Positions 22,831 through 33,344 of a stretch of 64,000 nt of DNA are shown here, piece by piece; position 1 is the first letter of the stretch, and each line of letters begins with the position of its first letter. Under the pieces are notes generated by a model. The model worked only from the letters and a program-made list of their open reading frames with translations. It did not search any database and was not told the origin of the DNA. The translations under genes were made by a program, and so were the position numbers. This DNA is from Antechinus flavipes (lineage: Eukaryota): the NCBI RefSeq assembly GCF_016432865.1, contig NC_067402.1, positions 16,802,001 through 16,866,000 of the forward strand. The letters run 5' to 3'.

Positions 22831-22986
22831 NNNNNNNNNNNNNNNNNNNNNNNNNNNNNNNNNNNNNNNNNNNNNNNNNNNNNNNNNNNNNNNNNNNNNN
22901 NNNNNNNNNNNNNNNNNNNNNNNNNNNNNNNNNNNNNNNNNNNNNNNNNNNNNNNNNNNNNNNNNNNNNNNNNNNNNNNNNNNNNN
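22831..22986. other. Assembly gap
   Basis: Run of 156 N. Confidence 1.
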
Positions 22987-23928
22987 ACTCATCCAATCAA
23001 CTCCATCATCAACATTAATTATTTCCTAAAAACAGATTCTATAGATGTATGTGCTCTGAGGCAGTCCACCAAGAGATCTGCTTAGCGTATTCCACTTTCA
23101 TCTTTTTAACATTTGCACTTGGACCCCAACTCCTCCAGGAGGCAAGGAGGTACGCCTCTCTGGGCCAGGGGGCTTCCAGTGCCAATTTAAAGGTACCCAC
23201 TGTCTTAAAGGGTGTTTGGCTTAAATATTTCAGCCCAATAATAACCAGAGGCATCTTCAGAAGAAAAAACCCCACAATGCCGAGGACACATTATGCTTTT
23301 CATCCTGCTTCAATCTTAGTTATTTTCTTTTTATAATTCACTTAATGAGAAGCCCAGTCTATTAATCCAAACTTCCCTGACACTAATGCTCCTGACTTAA
23401 TTATAATAATCAGAAGCACGACATTGTGCTAGATTGATTATAGCAAATGATGCAAAGGAAAGAGAAGGCTTAGAATCTGCCCTAAGTGAGCTGGGTGGAC
23501 TCTAATTTAGGTCTTTAATACTCCTTAGGGCACCATGGGGCCGTACACTTATTTCCAATTCATTCCTTCAAAAGCAATTGGGCCAAAGCGAGGCAGGATG
23601 GGGAGTCACAGAGGAATAAGACAGTCCCTGCCCTCTCAAAGTGCCCCACCGAGTGACAGGACCAGGCGTGACCAACCTCCACATGGGCACTCGGCTTGGC
23701 ATTGGATACCACAGCCAGCCCTGGGGGTGAAGGGGCAAAGGCGAACACACCAATGCCCACTGGAGGACACGCCAGTGGGAAAGAGGAAGAAGCTCCCCCG
23801 GAGATGAGGGGAGCAGAGGCAGGGTCCCGGGCTTGGCTGTGTCAGTGCCTGGGGCCGAGGACACCATGTCAGCAGCCTCTGCTCTCGCAGAAGAGGGCAC
23901 CCCCAGGGCCAAGGTAACGCCCACCCAC

Positions 23929-24310
23929 CCAGGAAGACTGTCCAGCTTGAGAAGGATCCCAGACTGCCAGGAAGGCTGCCCAGGTTGGGAGGGTCCCAAC
24001 ATGAAGGCTACCTGGCTTGGGAGGTCCCAGCCGGAAGGCTGCCTGGCTTAGGGGGATCCTAGCACACCAAGAAGGCCACCCAGTATGGGAGGTCCCAGCA
24101 AGAAGGCCTCCCGACTTGGGCAGGGTCCCAGAACATCAGGAAGGCCCCAGCTTGGGGGAGGGTCCCAACCTTCCAGGAAGGCTGTCCAGTTTAGGGAGTT
24201 CTAGCAGGAAGGCTGCCCAGCTTGGGGGGTCCCAGTATATGAGGAAGGTAGCCCAGATTGGGAGGGTCCTAGCATACCAAGAAGACCACCCAGATTAGGG
24301 GATCCCACTT
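23929..24310. repeat. GC-rich degenerate minisatellite, 11 units of about 28-38 bp
   Basis: Consensus CCAGGAAGGCTGCCCAGCTTGGGAGGGTCCCAG(CACA). Confidence 0.9.
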
Positions 24311-24859
24311 GCCAAGAAGAACAGTGTGGGGCTGCCCCGAAAACCAAGGCAGGCCCCGAGTGCGATCCCAGAGTCAGGGCTTTGTGACAAGTGGTTGGGA
24401 GGCTCCTGGCCTTCTCCGTTCTCCCCAGCTCCCATGGTTGGTTTCCTGTGCTGGGCCAGAAGCCTGGATCACAAGGCCAGCAAGCACCCCCAGAATCCCC
24501 TGAATGCCTGCGTCCAGGCTCCTGGGTTTCTACCCCAATGTAGCCATGCCCCACCCTTTTTGTGGCTCCCACAGCCCCCTAGAGAAGCCCCCTCACTCTG
24601 GCCTGGACGGCCATTCCCCCTGGGCGCCCCCCAATCCCAGGCCTTCCACCATATGGCTGCCCAGGATGGACCAACTCATCCCCGACTGCCAATTGCAGAG
24701 GCCCCCACTGGTCCCCAGGCATTGTCAGGCCTCCACCCACTGGCCCCAACATATTCCTCCTGTGTCCCCAGCCCACGATGCGGCCAGGCCCCCCTGCTCT
24801 CTGCTCCCCTCATCCTCTTTACTAGAATTCCCTGAACATGAAACCTTAGCCCCCAACAG

Positions 24860-25020
24860 CTTCTTCTTCTCTAGCCAGCCAGTACTTATCCTTAGGTCTT
24901 TATCTTGTGTATATGTATTTATGTGCATCTGAAGAGACTTAGTTTTTGTTATTTTTGTATCCCAGCGCCCAACAATGTCAACACAGTAAGCACTTAATAA
25001 GTGTTTGATTGATTGTGTCA
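24860..25020 (+). mobile_element. L2 3' end
   Basis: TTTGTATCCCAGCGCCCAAC...AAGCACTTAATAAGTGTTTGATTGATTG. Confidence 0.75.
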
Positions 25021-26068
25021 AATTTTGCCACAGATTAACATCTAGATGACTAAAGTAGAATGAAATATTTATTTTAAATTTCCAGAAAATCAATGTATAT
25101 CCTTTTTTTAAATCCCCTTAGGGATTCTGGTTTCCATCCTTAGGTAAGCTGGTCATCTTGATTAACACCATTTAATGCCAATGGTTTTTCCGCATGTCTG
25201 TTAGTGGACCACTGGCAAAACATTTTCTGGGGAAAATTTACATCTTTTGAGTTCCCTCTGTCATGATTAACAAAAAACCATTTGACTCAATTTTAGGGCA
25301 ACACACAAAACTTACCTTTTTTAAAAAAAAAAAAAAAACCTTCCATAATGCTTAACAAGACACAATATTTTATGTTGGTAATTTTTTTTTTAATGACCAC
25401 TGCCTATTTTAAGTATCTTCATGCTATTCTGTTCTTACCATAACTTGAAACTTTAAGTGAAGAGAACAGATTTTTAAAAATCAAGTTTTATTATATTAGT
25501 GATGATGTACACATAATATTCTAGGATTATGGTGGCAAATATCCTTTAAAGGACACCGGACAACACTACACAATGAAATGATTGATAGTAAAACTGAAAT
25601 AATGGCTCTTCAGCAAGTCACTTTTTTCCTTAAGATCTCTAAGATTCTCAATAAGTGATGGGTATACATCTTACTTTTTGCAATTATTTCAAATTTAAAT
25701 CTATTTTTTTCTACTAAACTCAAAGTGGGAGAGTAAGATAACACAGCACATAGAAATGACAATGTAAAAAAAAATTTCAAAAAAATTGTTTCCATAAATC
25801 CTCCCCAAGGCAAGGTAAAGTGTAACTGTACATCATCATAACAACACTGTGGCGCCAAAGTGCCCAAAATATCAGGAGATGTGCAAAAAGATAGACACGG
25901 AACAAACAAAATGCTTATCACTGGTTCATTCTGTGGACTTCTTATCTCCTCTGGTTGACGAATTAATCTTTTCCTATTACTATTACAGCCTTAGGCCCTA
26001 GAATTTTCCCTAGTAATTTATGGGAACTTTCATTACTCATAAAATAGAAATAACTCCCACACACATTG

Positions 26069-26203
26069 NNNNNNNNNNNNNNNNNNNNNNNNNNNNNNNN
26101 NNNNNNNNNNNNNNNNNNNNNNNNNNNNNNNNNNNNNNNNNNNNNNNNNNNNNNNNNNNNNNNNNNNNNNNNNNNNNNNNNNNNNNNNNNNNNNNNNNNN
26201 NNN
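26069..26203. other. Assembly gap
   Basis: Run of 135 N. Confidence 1.
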
Positions 26204-26424
26204 GAATGAAGGAAGAAAGGAAAAGATAGAAGGGGAAAAGGAAGGAAGAAAGGAAGTACAATTTCTTTATGTTCTCCCAATATGAATTCATTCTCTGGCT
26301 GGAGATACAATCTGTGAATTTCTTTCTTATGTGTAACCTGCCAAGTTCATGCACATGAGACTTTACTGGGTAAAGGAGGAAGGATTCGGGCTGAGAGTGT
26401 TGAGTCCAGGAATTAAGACCCCAT

Positions 26425-26580
26425 AGCCACAGATTCAGAGCTGGAAGGGCCCTGAAGGGCCACTGAGTCCAAGGCCCTCATTATACAGATGAGGAAACTG
26501 AGGTCGGGAGGGACCAAGTGACTTTCACCAAGAGTGTGAGGCAGGATCCGCACTTGGGTCTTCTGGACTCTGCAAGAGAA
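26425..26580 (-). mobile_element. MIR/MIR3-like SINE
   Basis: GAGCTGGAAGGGCCCTG...TACAGATGAGGAAACTGAGG. Confidence 0.7.
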
Positions 26581-26844
26581 GGGATGAGACTCGTCTGAGG
26601 AGCTAAGAGCCTTGGCCAGGGACTCTGGTCTGGGAAGTCCTCCTCCCTTAGGGCAGCTCACTCCCTCTCATTTGTGTCCAAGAGAAGGCTACCGGGCAGA
26701 CCCTTGTTCTCTAAAAGAGACACAGCAAGTGACCTGACGGAGAGAATGCTGGGAAAGGAAAAGTCTGGGATTCACTTTCACTGACCAGTCCAGAGGAATG
26801 ATGTTTTTAATGGCACCCTGGCCACTAGTTGGAGGGCACTGAGA

Positions 26845-27400
26845 AAAAAGAAAGGAAGAGAAAAAAAAAAAAGAAAGGAAGAGGAGGACAATGCCGAGGG
26901 AGTGAAGGAAGAGGAAGACTAGAAGAGAAGGAGGAGGAAGGAAAAAGGAAGACGAGGAGGAGAACGACTAGGGGGTGAAGGAGGAGGAAGACTAGAAGAG
27001 GAGGAGGAAGGAAAAAGGAGGAGGAGGAGGAGAAGGAGAACGATTAGGGGTTGAAGGAGGAGGAAGACTAGAAGAAGAGGAGGAGGAAAGAAGGATGAGG
27101 AGGAAAACTAGGAGTGATAAAGGAGAAGAAAGAAAACTAGGGGGTGAAGGAGAAGGAAGAGGAAGAGGAGGAAGACTAGAGGAGGAGAAGGGAAGGAAGA
27201 GGAGGAGGATGAAGACTAGAGGAAGAAGAGGAAGATGAAGAAAAAGAAGAGTGCATTGAAAAGGAAGATTAGAAGATGAAGGAGGAGGAAGAAGAATACG
27301 CTGAGGAGACAGAAGACAGGAGGTGAGGGAGGAAGAGGAGGAGGAAGACTGGAAGTGATGAAGGAAGAGGAGGAAGACCAGGAGAAGGAGGAGCATCCAC
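26845..27400. repeat. Polypurine (GAG/GAA) tract with recurring GAAGACTAG units
   Basis: About 550 bp of nearly pure A/G with internal higher-order repeats. Confidence 0.95.
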
Positions 27401-27968
27401 CCAATAGCTGCGGTCACCCAAAGGCCACGGTCCTCCCACTGCCTACATTCTCCATTGCCCTGCTAGGTTAAATGTGCCGCGCCTGGCACACACTGGGCAC
27501 TTAACGAAAGCTGATTGGTCAGTTACTGATCCCAGCTCCCTGCGCTGTCAAGTCCCCGGATGTGGAAGGGGCCGGGCCGGAGCCTCAGTTTCCCCTCCTG
27601 TATGAAGTTGGCCTCCTCCTCTCCCTGGGCCTCAGTTTCCTCTTTTGCAGCAGACCAGCCCGGATCGCTGACTCCGAAGTTGGAGTCCTGGAGTCCGGTG
27701 GTGCCGGCATTCAAGGCCCCCCCGCCTCACGGGAGCAGCAGCGGCAGGGACTAAGTCCCGAGTTCGAATCCCGACTCAGCGCCGCCCCCGGGGCAGGCAG
27801 GGCCCGTGACAGGCCGGCTTCGCCCCGAGCCCAGCCCCAGCCCCGGCGCCGACCCTCCCTCCCTCCCTCTGGAGGTCAGCGAGGCCTGGCCCGGCCGGCC
27901 CACGCAACCCCAGCCCCGCCGCCCGCCCGGCCCGGTCCCGGCGCCGCCGCGAGGCCCTCGGCCCTTAC

Positions 27969-28059
27969 CCGCCGCGAGGCCGGCCTGTCCCGCGCCCTGC
28001 CGCCGGCCCCGGCCCAGCAGGCTGCCGGCCGCCCCTCGGAGCACCAGCGCGGCTGCCAT
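27969..28059 (-). CDS. HIBADH: HIBADH coding exon 1 (mitochondrial targeting peptide)
   Basis: ATG at 28059-28057 in good Kozak context (AGCATGG). 91 nt encoding an Arg-rich peptide with no acidic residues. Donor G|GTAAGG at 27968, phase 1. Confidence 0.95.
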
Positions 28060-28128
28060 GCTGAGAGCGAGCAAGCGGGCGAAGGAGCGCCTCCCGCGGT
28101 CACCGCCGCCGACCGGCAGTCCCGCTGT

Positions 28129-28520
28129 CCAATAGCGGAGCCGCGCCCCGCACGCCTCCGCCCGCGTGCCAATGAGAGGGGGCGCTCGCGGGTCGGGGGA
28201 GGGGCCAGAGTCGCTCCGCCCCCGCTCGTCACCCGCAGACGCCCCGCCCCGCCCTTCCCGTGCCCCTGACTCCGCAGCCTCTCTGCTGTTTGTTTACCGA
28301 GGCCGCAGGCCGGGCGTGAGAGGGGGTGTGGCTGTCAATCAGGCTCTAGGAACGCCCCCTGCGGGGCAAGGGGCGGAGCCTAGCCTCCCGGGCAGTCCGC
28401 CGGCTTTGCCTCGGAAGTTAGCTGGACCCGAGCTCTGGAGCCCGTGGGCCCGGCCCCTCCCTCAGCCCCAAGGCCCGAGACAGTAGCGATGCCCACTGAA
28501 AGCCCCGTCACCCAATCAGC
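28129..28520. promoter_or_regulatory. TATA-less core promoter motifs: CCAAT boxes, GC boxes, forkhead and ETS sites
   Basis: CCAAT at 28129, 28169 (GCCAATGAG) and about 28512 (CCCAATCAG). CCGCCC/GGGCGG boxes at about 28158, 28216, 28244-28254 and 28371. TGTTTAC at 28291 and CGGAAGT at 28412. Confidence 0.65.
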
Positions 28521-29803
28521 ACAGCGAGATGCGGGAAACCAGGAAAGGGGAGGAAGGGAGGAAAGACCCCGCCCCCGGGGAGCCTAACGAGGGGGGGTCC
28601 GCAGAGGAAGGCGCCCGAAGGAAGGCTCCCACCCAAGGAAGTGGGGTTTCAGCGGCCGGGAGACGGGGAGGGTGCTTGGGCACGGGGCACGGCCGGGGCA
28701 GACGCCGGCGTAGGGGAATGGAGGGAGGGCCGCCTGGAGGCAGCTGCCACTGGGGGGCAAGCTCGGGGAGAAGGGAGTGAAGATGGAACCAACCTGGAGA
28801 GGGGAGGCCGGGGAGCAGGGATTAACCAGAGCTGCAGTCTTCAACGCCCACTGCCCTTCCTGAGACCAGCCTGCCGTGCCCGTGCTCCATCACCTGGGAG
28901 GGCACCCGCCCTTCCGTGGCGCCCCCTGGGAGGGCGCCCGCCCTTCTGTGGCGCCCCCTGGAACGCCCGCTCCATTGCAACAACCTTATCTTCTCCTCTC
29001 CTTCCTCCTTCTGGCCCCCTCCTCATGATATAGACTCCCCTTCCCCTGCCACTGGCTTCCCTTACTCTCCTCGGGAATCCCTTCCACTTCCAGGCTCTCC
29101 CTCTTCCTCCATCACTCAGGAAACTCTTCCCATGAGCTTCACTCAATCCCACCAATTAAAGTCCTGGTAGTTACTGGCCCGGGAACAAGATCCCAGAGCC
29201 TGTCCCCCCTTTCTCCTCACTAGAGACCTAGTGAGACCTACCCACACACAGGAGTCCATAATTCCTCTCCTTCACTCCTGTTCCGTGACCTACTTCTCCC
29301 CCGCCCAATAAAAAGTCATCCCTTTGAACTTCCATCTCTCATCCATAACTTCCCTCCCTGATGAGCCCCGAAATGCCTCATCTGACCCCAAACTAAGGGC
29401 ATTCCGATTCTCCCTCTCCCAACCCCAAACCAGTTATTTGTCAATACCATAACTTCCTCCTCAACCTTCCAGTTCTTTTCTCAGCCTATCATCCTGTACT
29501 AGCCACCCTCCCCTCCCTTCTCTTGCCCCCTTGGTGACCCACTTCAGCTCTGCCCTGCCTTCTTTTGGCACTTTATCGCCTTGCCAGTCTTGCCCTACTA
29601 AGCCTTAATTGAATGGAATCATTCCCATCATCCAATGCCTTTACTTCTTCATGTTTAGTGAACCTAGAGAAAATCACAATAGCACCATATAAATGTATGT
29701 TGTGTAACCTCATAGAGGAAGATGCAGATAACATCCAGAGGGGTTGCCCGTAAGAATGGGCCCAAGGAGTATCTGACCCTTAAAATCTTTTTATGCCTTA
29801 CTA

Positions 29804-30459
29804 TAGCCTTTCATTTACAAGTTATATGCATGGGTAATTTTTCAGTATCGACAATTGCAAAACCTTTTGTTCCAACTTTTCCCCTCCTTCCTCCCACCCC
29901 CTCCCCCAGATGGCAGGTTGACCAATACATGTTAAATATGTTAAAGTATAAGTTAAATACAATATAAGTAGACATGTCCAAACATTTATTTTACTTTACA
30001 AAAAGAGTCGGACTCTGAAATAGTGTACAATTAGCCTGTGAAGGAAATCAAAAATGTAGGTGAACAAAAATAGAGGAATGGGGAATTCAATATAGTGGTT
30101 CATAATCATCTTCCAGAGTTCTTTCACTGGGCGTAGCGGGTTCAGTTCATTCCTGCTCTATTGGAACTGATTTGGTTCATCTCATTACTGAAGATGGCCG
30201 CGTCCATCAGAATTGATCATCATATAGTATTGTTGTGGAAGTATATAATGATCTCCTGGTCCTGCTCATTTCACTTAGCATCAGTTCATGTAAGTCTCGC
30301 CAGTCCTCTCTGTATTCATCCTGCTGGTCATTTCTTACAGAACAATAATATTCCATAACATTCATATACCACAATTTATTCAGCCATTCTCCACTGACGG
30401 GCATCCACTCAGTTTCCAGTTTCTGGCCACTGCAAAGAGGGCAGCCACAAACATTCTTG
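29804..30459 (-). mobile_element. Young L1 3' fragment with a 13-bp TSD
   Basis: Highly similar to the L1 at 44227-44938. TSD TTATGCCTTACTA at 29791-29803 and 30460-30472. Confidence 0.92.
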
Positions 30460-30719
30460 TTATGCCTTACTAATTGATTCATTGGCAACAGCTTTTCCAA
30501 AGCTTTCCATTCGTCCTTAAGCTTCTCAGAACTCTCTCCATGCCTTTCTATGGAGAATCAAGCATCACATTTTACTGAAAAAACAGGCCATTGACCAAGG
30601 TTAATTTCTTCTCCCTTCATCCCTATTTCATAACACCCAGATCCCTCTCACAACAATCTCCTCCTTTTAACCCCATGTCTTATACAAGGAGATGGCCCTT
30701 CTTGCCTGGCAAAACCTTT

Positions 30720-30900
30720 TAGAGGCATTTAATAAGGATTTACTGTGTCTGGCACTGCACTAGGGGTACAAAGAAAAGCTAAATAAACAAAAGTCCCTAC
30801 ATTCAAGGAGCTCCCAATTTAGTGAGTGGGACAATATGCAAACAATTGGATGCAAAAAAAAAAAAAATGAGATCTAGTTAAGACAAGTAGGAGATAATCA
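30720..30900 (-). mobile_element. L2 3' fragment
   Basis: CATTTAATAAGGATTTACTGTGTCTGGCACTG...AGTCCCTACATTCAAGGAGCTC. Confidence 0.7.
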
Positions 30901-31163
30901 ACAATCCATTCTGGACTTGGGTTGGGGAAGCAGGGAGACAATCAGGGCAAAGGCACCAGGAAAACAGTTGGAGTAATGTATTTTCAGAGCTGCACATTAT
31001 CCTGAGTACTCTCATTTTAGAATGGAGGGAGAGAATTAAAATATAATACTACAGACAGTAAATGACTTGGCTACGGTCATGTGGGAATTACTGTCAGGAG
31101 CAGAATTCCAATCAGCCCTAAAATGAATACCTGGGAATTTCTCATACTTTTTATTATCAGATT

Positions 31164-31645
31164 TGTGGGTGCGTTGAAAAGAAACTCCCTCTAGGGTAGA
31201 GGGTCACAGATAGGGGGGAAACTCTGAGTGAGGTAGAAGACCCTTCAGCCCAGAGGGAACCTGCTGACAATGTCTGGTTGGCTCCCCGGCTCCCCTAAGG
31301 GCTCTCGGCCTTCCTGAGAAGTCAGGGGTGACAACCTGTGTGGTGATTGAAGCAGAGTGATAGCAGGTGGCAATCTACATACAATAGCAAATTGTTCATG
31401 TGGTCCCATGCGTGCAGTGTATACTGGGCCCAAGCCCAGTGTTGTTTTGATTATATTATAAAAAAGAGAAAGTCCTTGGAATAAAAGGACTCCATTTTCC
31501 CACCATCCTCAGCAGTCCCGCCTCATCACTTCTCCACTAGAAAAGGTATATACCTATTTTTAAATTACCCCAGCATGGGGGCTCTAGAAAACAACAATAC
31601 ATTTTGTTACCCCAACTTGGGGGCTCTAGAAAGCAGGACACAACA
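31164..31645 (+). mobile_element. Probable solo ERV LTR
   Basis: TG...CA termini, TATAAA at 31457, AATAAA at 31480, and a duplicated ACCCCA(N)GGGGGCTCTAGAAA near the 3' end. No clean TSD seen. Confidence 0.55.
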
Positions 31646-32319
31646 CTCTCCCAATTCTTATGGACACCTGCCCTGTAAATTGTAATCTTTTAAGGATAGT
31701 GTATGTGAGCAGAGGATGCTGTAATGTTTGACTAATCTGTTAAGGATTTTTTAGACCAAAGGGTTAGAGACCTTTAGAGGTCACATAGCGTGATCCTCTC
31801 AGTTTTATACACGAGGGAACTGGGTCCCAGAGAGGAGACATGAATTTGCAGCGGGTAATTTTATTAAGACATGTTTCCTTTCATAAAACCACAAAAATTG
31901 GATGCTTCCTCATGGGATCCATGCAGAAGTGACTCCGCATTCTTGAAGCTTTTGCCAATGAGTAGGAAGTGCCAGCAGGTCCTTACAAGCTGAGAAAAAC
32001 TTCTCTCCTAGCCCCCACAAAAAGCTGTTTGGATATTCCTCTGTTGCACAAGAAATGGCATACAGCTTGGGAGAAGTTGGTCATGCCCATTGAATGATGA
32101 GATTTTTGACCACAACTCTTGTAAGCCATTTGCTAAATACAGAGAAGTTGAAATCTTTGACCTATCACCCTACGAGCAATATCATCCATAGGTAGTTGAA
32201 ATACTGAATTGTTTACTTATTTAATAAGCTAGTGAGCTTCTAAAGCAAGTAAAAGCCTAGGGAAAATCTTAACTTGGAATGAGTTCTCTTAACTCAACCT
32301 TGGAGGCAATGTGATATAG

Positions 32320-32520
32320 CAAACAAGGGGCCAGCCTTGGAAGACAGCCAAATTGAGTTTAATTTGTATTCCATGACCTTGAACCAGCAAATTGACTTCA
32401 AAATGCCTCCGGAATCACTGTAAAACTAAGAGGGCAGCATTTGTAGAGAGAATCTTTGTGGAGAGACTTTTCCTCACTGGGTGTTTCCCACATAGATGAA
32501 ATCACAGGTTCCAGACACTA
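32320..32520 (+). mobile_element. Marsupial SINE with a WALLSI4/MIR3-like tail
   Basis: Ends TTTCCTCACTGGGTGTTTCCCACATAGATGAAATCACAGGTTCC. Confidence 0.45.
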
Positions 32521-32554
32521 TCCATCACTACTATTACCACTACAACTATTTCAG

Positions 32555-32765
32555 ATTCTGACTTTTTGTGACCCCATCTGGTGTTTTCTTGGCCATTTTT
32601 TCCCCAATTCATTTTAAAGATGAGAAAACTGAAGTGAATAGATATAGGTGACTTGCTCAGGGTCACATAGCTAGTAAGTCTAAGGCTAGATTTGGACTCA
32701 TAAAGATTAGTTTTCCTGACCTCCAAGAGCAGCACTTTATTCTCGGCAGCACAGTTAGACGGTGC
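32555..32765 (-). mobile_element. MAR1-like SINE
   Basis: TTTGTGACCCCATCTGG...GGTGACTTGCTCAGGGTCACATAGCTAGTAAG. Confidence 0.75.
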
Positions 32766-32829
32766 TCCCCAAGCTCTCACACCAAAGGTACTAGTCTTCC
32801 CTGAATATCCCCCACACAACTGTTCCTAA

Positions 32830-33305
32830 TATTACTATTTTTACTACTCCTAGTACTAGTAGTAGACCACAATTACTACTGCTACTAGTTTTACTACTGT
32901 CACTACTACTATTACATTACTACCACCACAACTACAATTACTACTATTACTATTACTACTGCTTTTACTATTGTTACTACTACTTCTTCNNNNNNNNNNN
33001 NNNNNNNNNNNNNNNNNNNNNNNNNNNNNNNNNNNNNNNNNNNNNNNNNNNNNNNNNNNNNNNNNNNNNNNNNNNNNNNNNNNNNNNNNNNNNNNNNNNN
33101 NNNNNNNNNNNNNNNNNNNNNNNNNNNNNNNNNNNNNNNNNNNNNNNNNNNNNNNNNNNNNNNNNNNNNNNNNNNNNNNNNNNNNNNNNNNNNNNNNNNN
33201 NNNNNNNNNNNNNNNNNNNNNNNNNNNNNNNTAATTACTACTACTACTACCTTTATTACTTTACCACTATTACCACCACCACAACCACCCTCCCTACCAC
33301 TACTC
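32830..33305. repeat. (TAC/TAT/CAC)n low-complexity tract interrupted by an assembly gap at 32990-33231
   Basis: Directly visible; 242 N inside. Confidence 0.95.
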
Positions 33306-33344
33306 CACTATTTAATACATACAACCTAGTTCTTAAAGGCAGTT

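Larger units (their letters stand above)
1..28059 (-). other. HIBADH: HIBADH gene, 5' portion (exons 1-4, introns 1-3, start of intron 4); continues beyond the left edge
   Basis: The four exons splice in frame to MAAALVLRGAAGSLLGRGRRQGAGQAGLAAACSRSMASKTPVGFIGLGNMGNPMAKNLIKHGYPLVIYDVFPEACKDFKDSEQVVASPADVAERADRIITMLPTSHNALEVYTGPKGILKRVKKGSLLIDSSTIDPAVSKELAKEVEKMGAVFMDSPVSG. Exon sizes are 91/158/110/122 versus 91/161/110/122 recalled for human. Confidence 0.97.
27480..28980. promoter_or_regulatory. CpG island spanning the HIBADH promoter and exon 1
   Basis: About 1.5 kb of very GC-rich, CpG-dense sequence in an otherwise CpG-depleted, AT-rich window; contains exon 1. Confidence 0.93.

Noticed and set aside
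23929-24310. CRISPR-like appearance (repeat core with short variable linkers)
   Set aside because: Mammalian intron, no cas genes, linkers only 0-6 nt and related to each other, and the repeats are divergent. It is a minisatellite.
26992-27417. Ser/Pro/Leu/Phe-rich ORFs
   Set aside because: Reverse translation of the polypurine tract.
28060-28074. N-terminal extension MLALS from ORF 27751-28074
   Set aside because: The ORF track starts at a TTG; the real ATG at 28059 has good Kozak context and gives the orthologous 91-nt exon.
27523-29170. Many overlapping Pro/Arg/Gly/Ala-rich ORFs (e.g. 235 aa at 27562-28269) as a divergent protein-coding gene
   Set aside because: Expected in a CpG island with few stop codons. 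Only 27969-28059 has a recognisable product and splice logic.
29305-29313. Isolated CCAATAAA(A) HOX13/CDX motifs (also in repeats at about 41881 and 51807)
   Set aside because: About four are expected by chance in 64 kb of this composition; not reported without supporting context.
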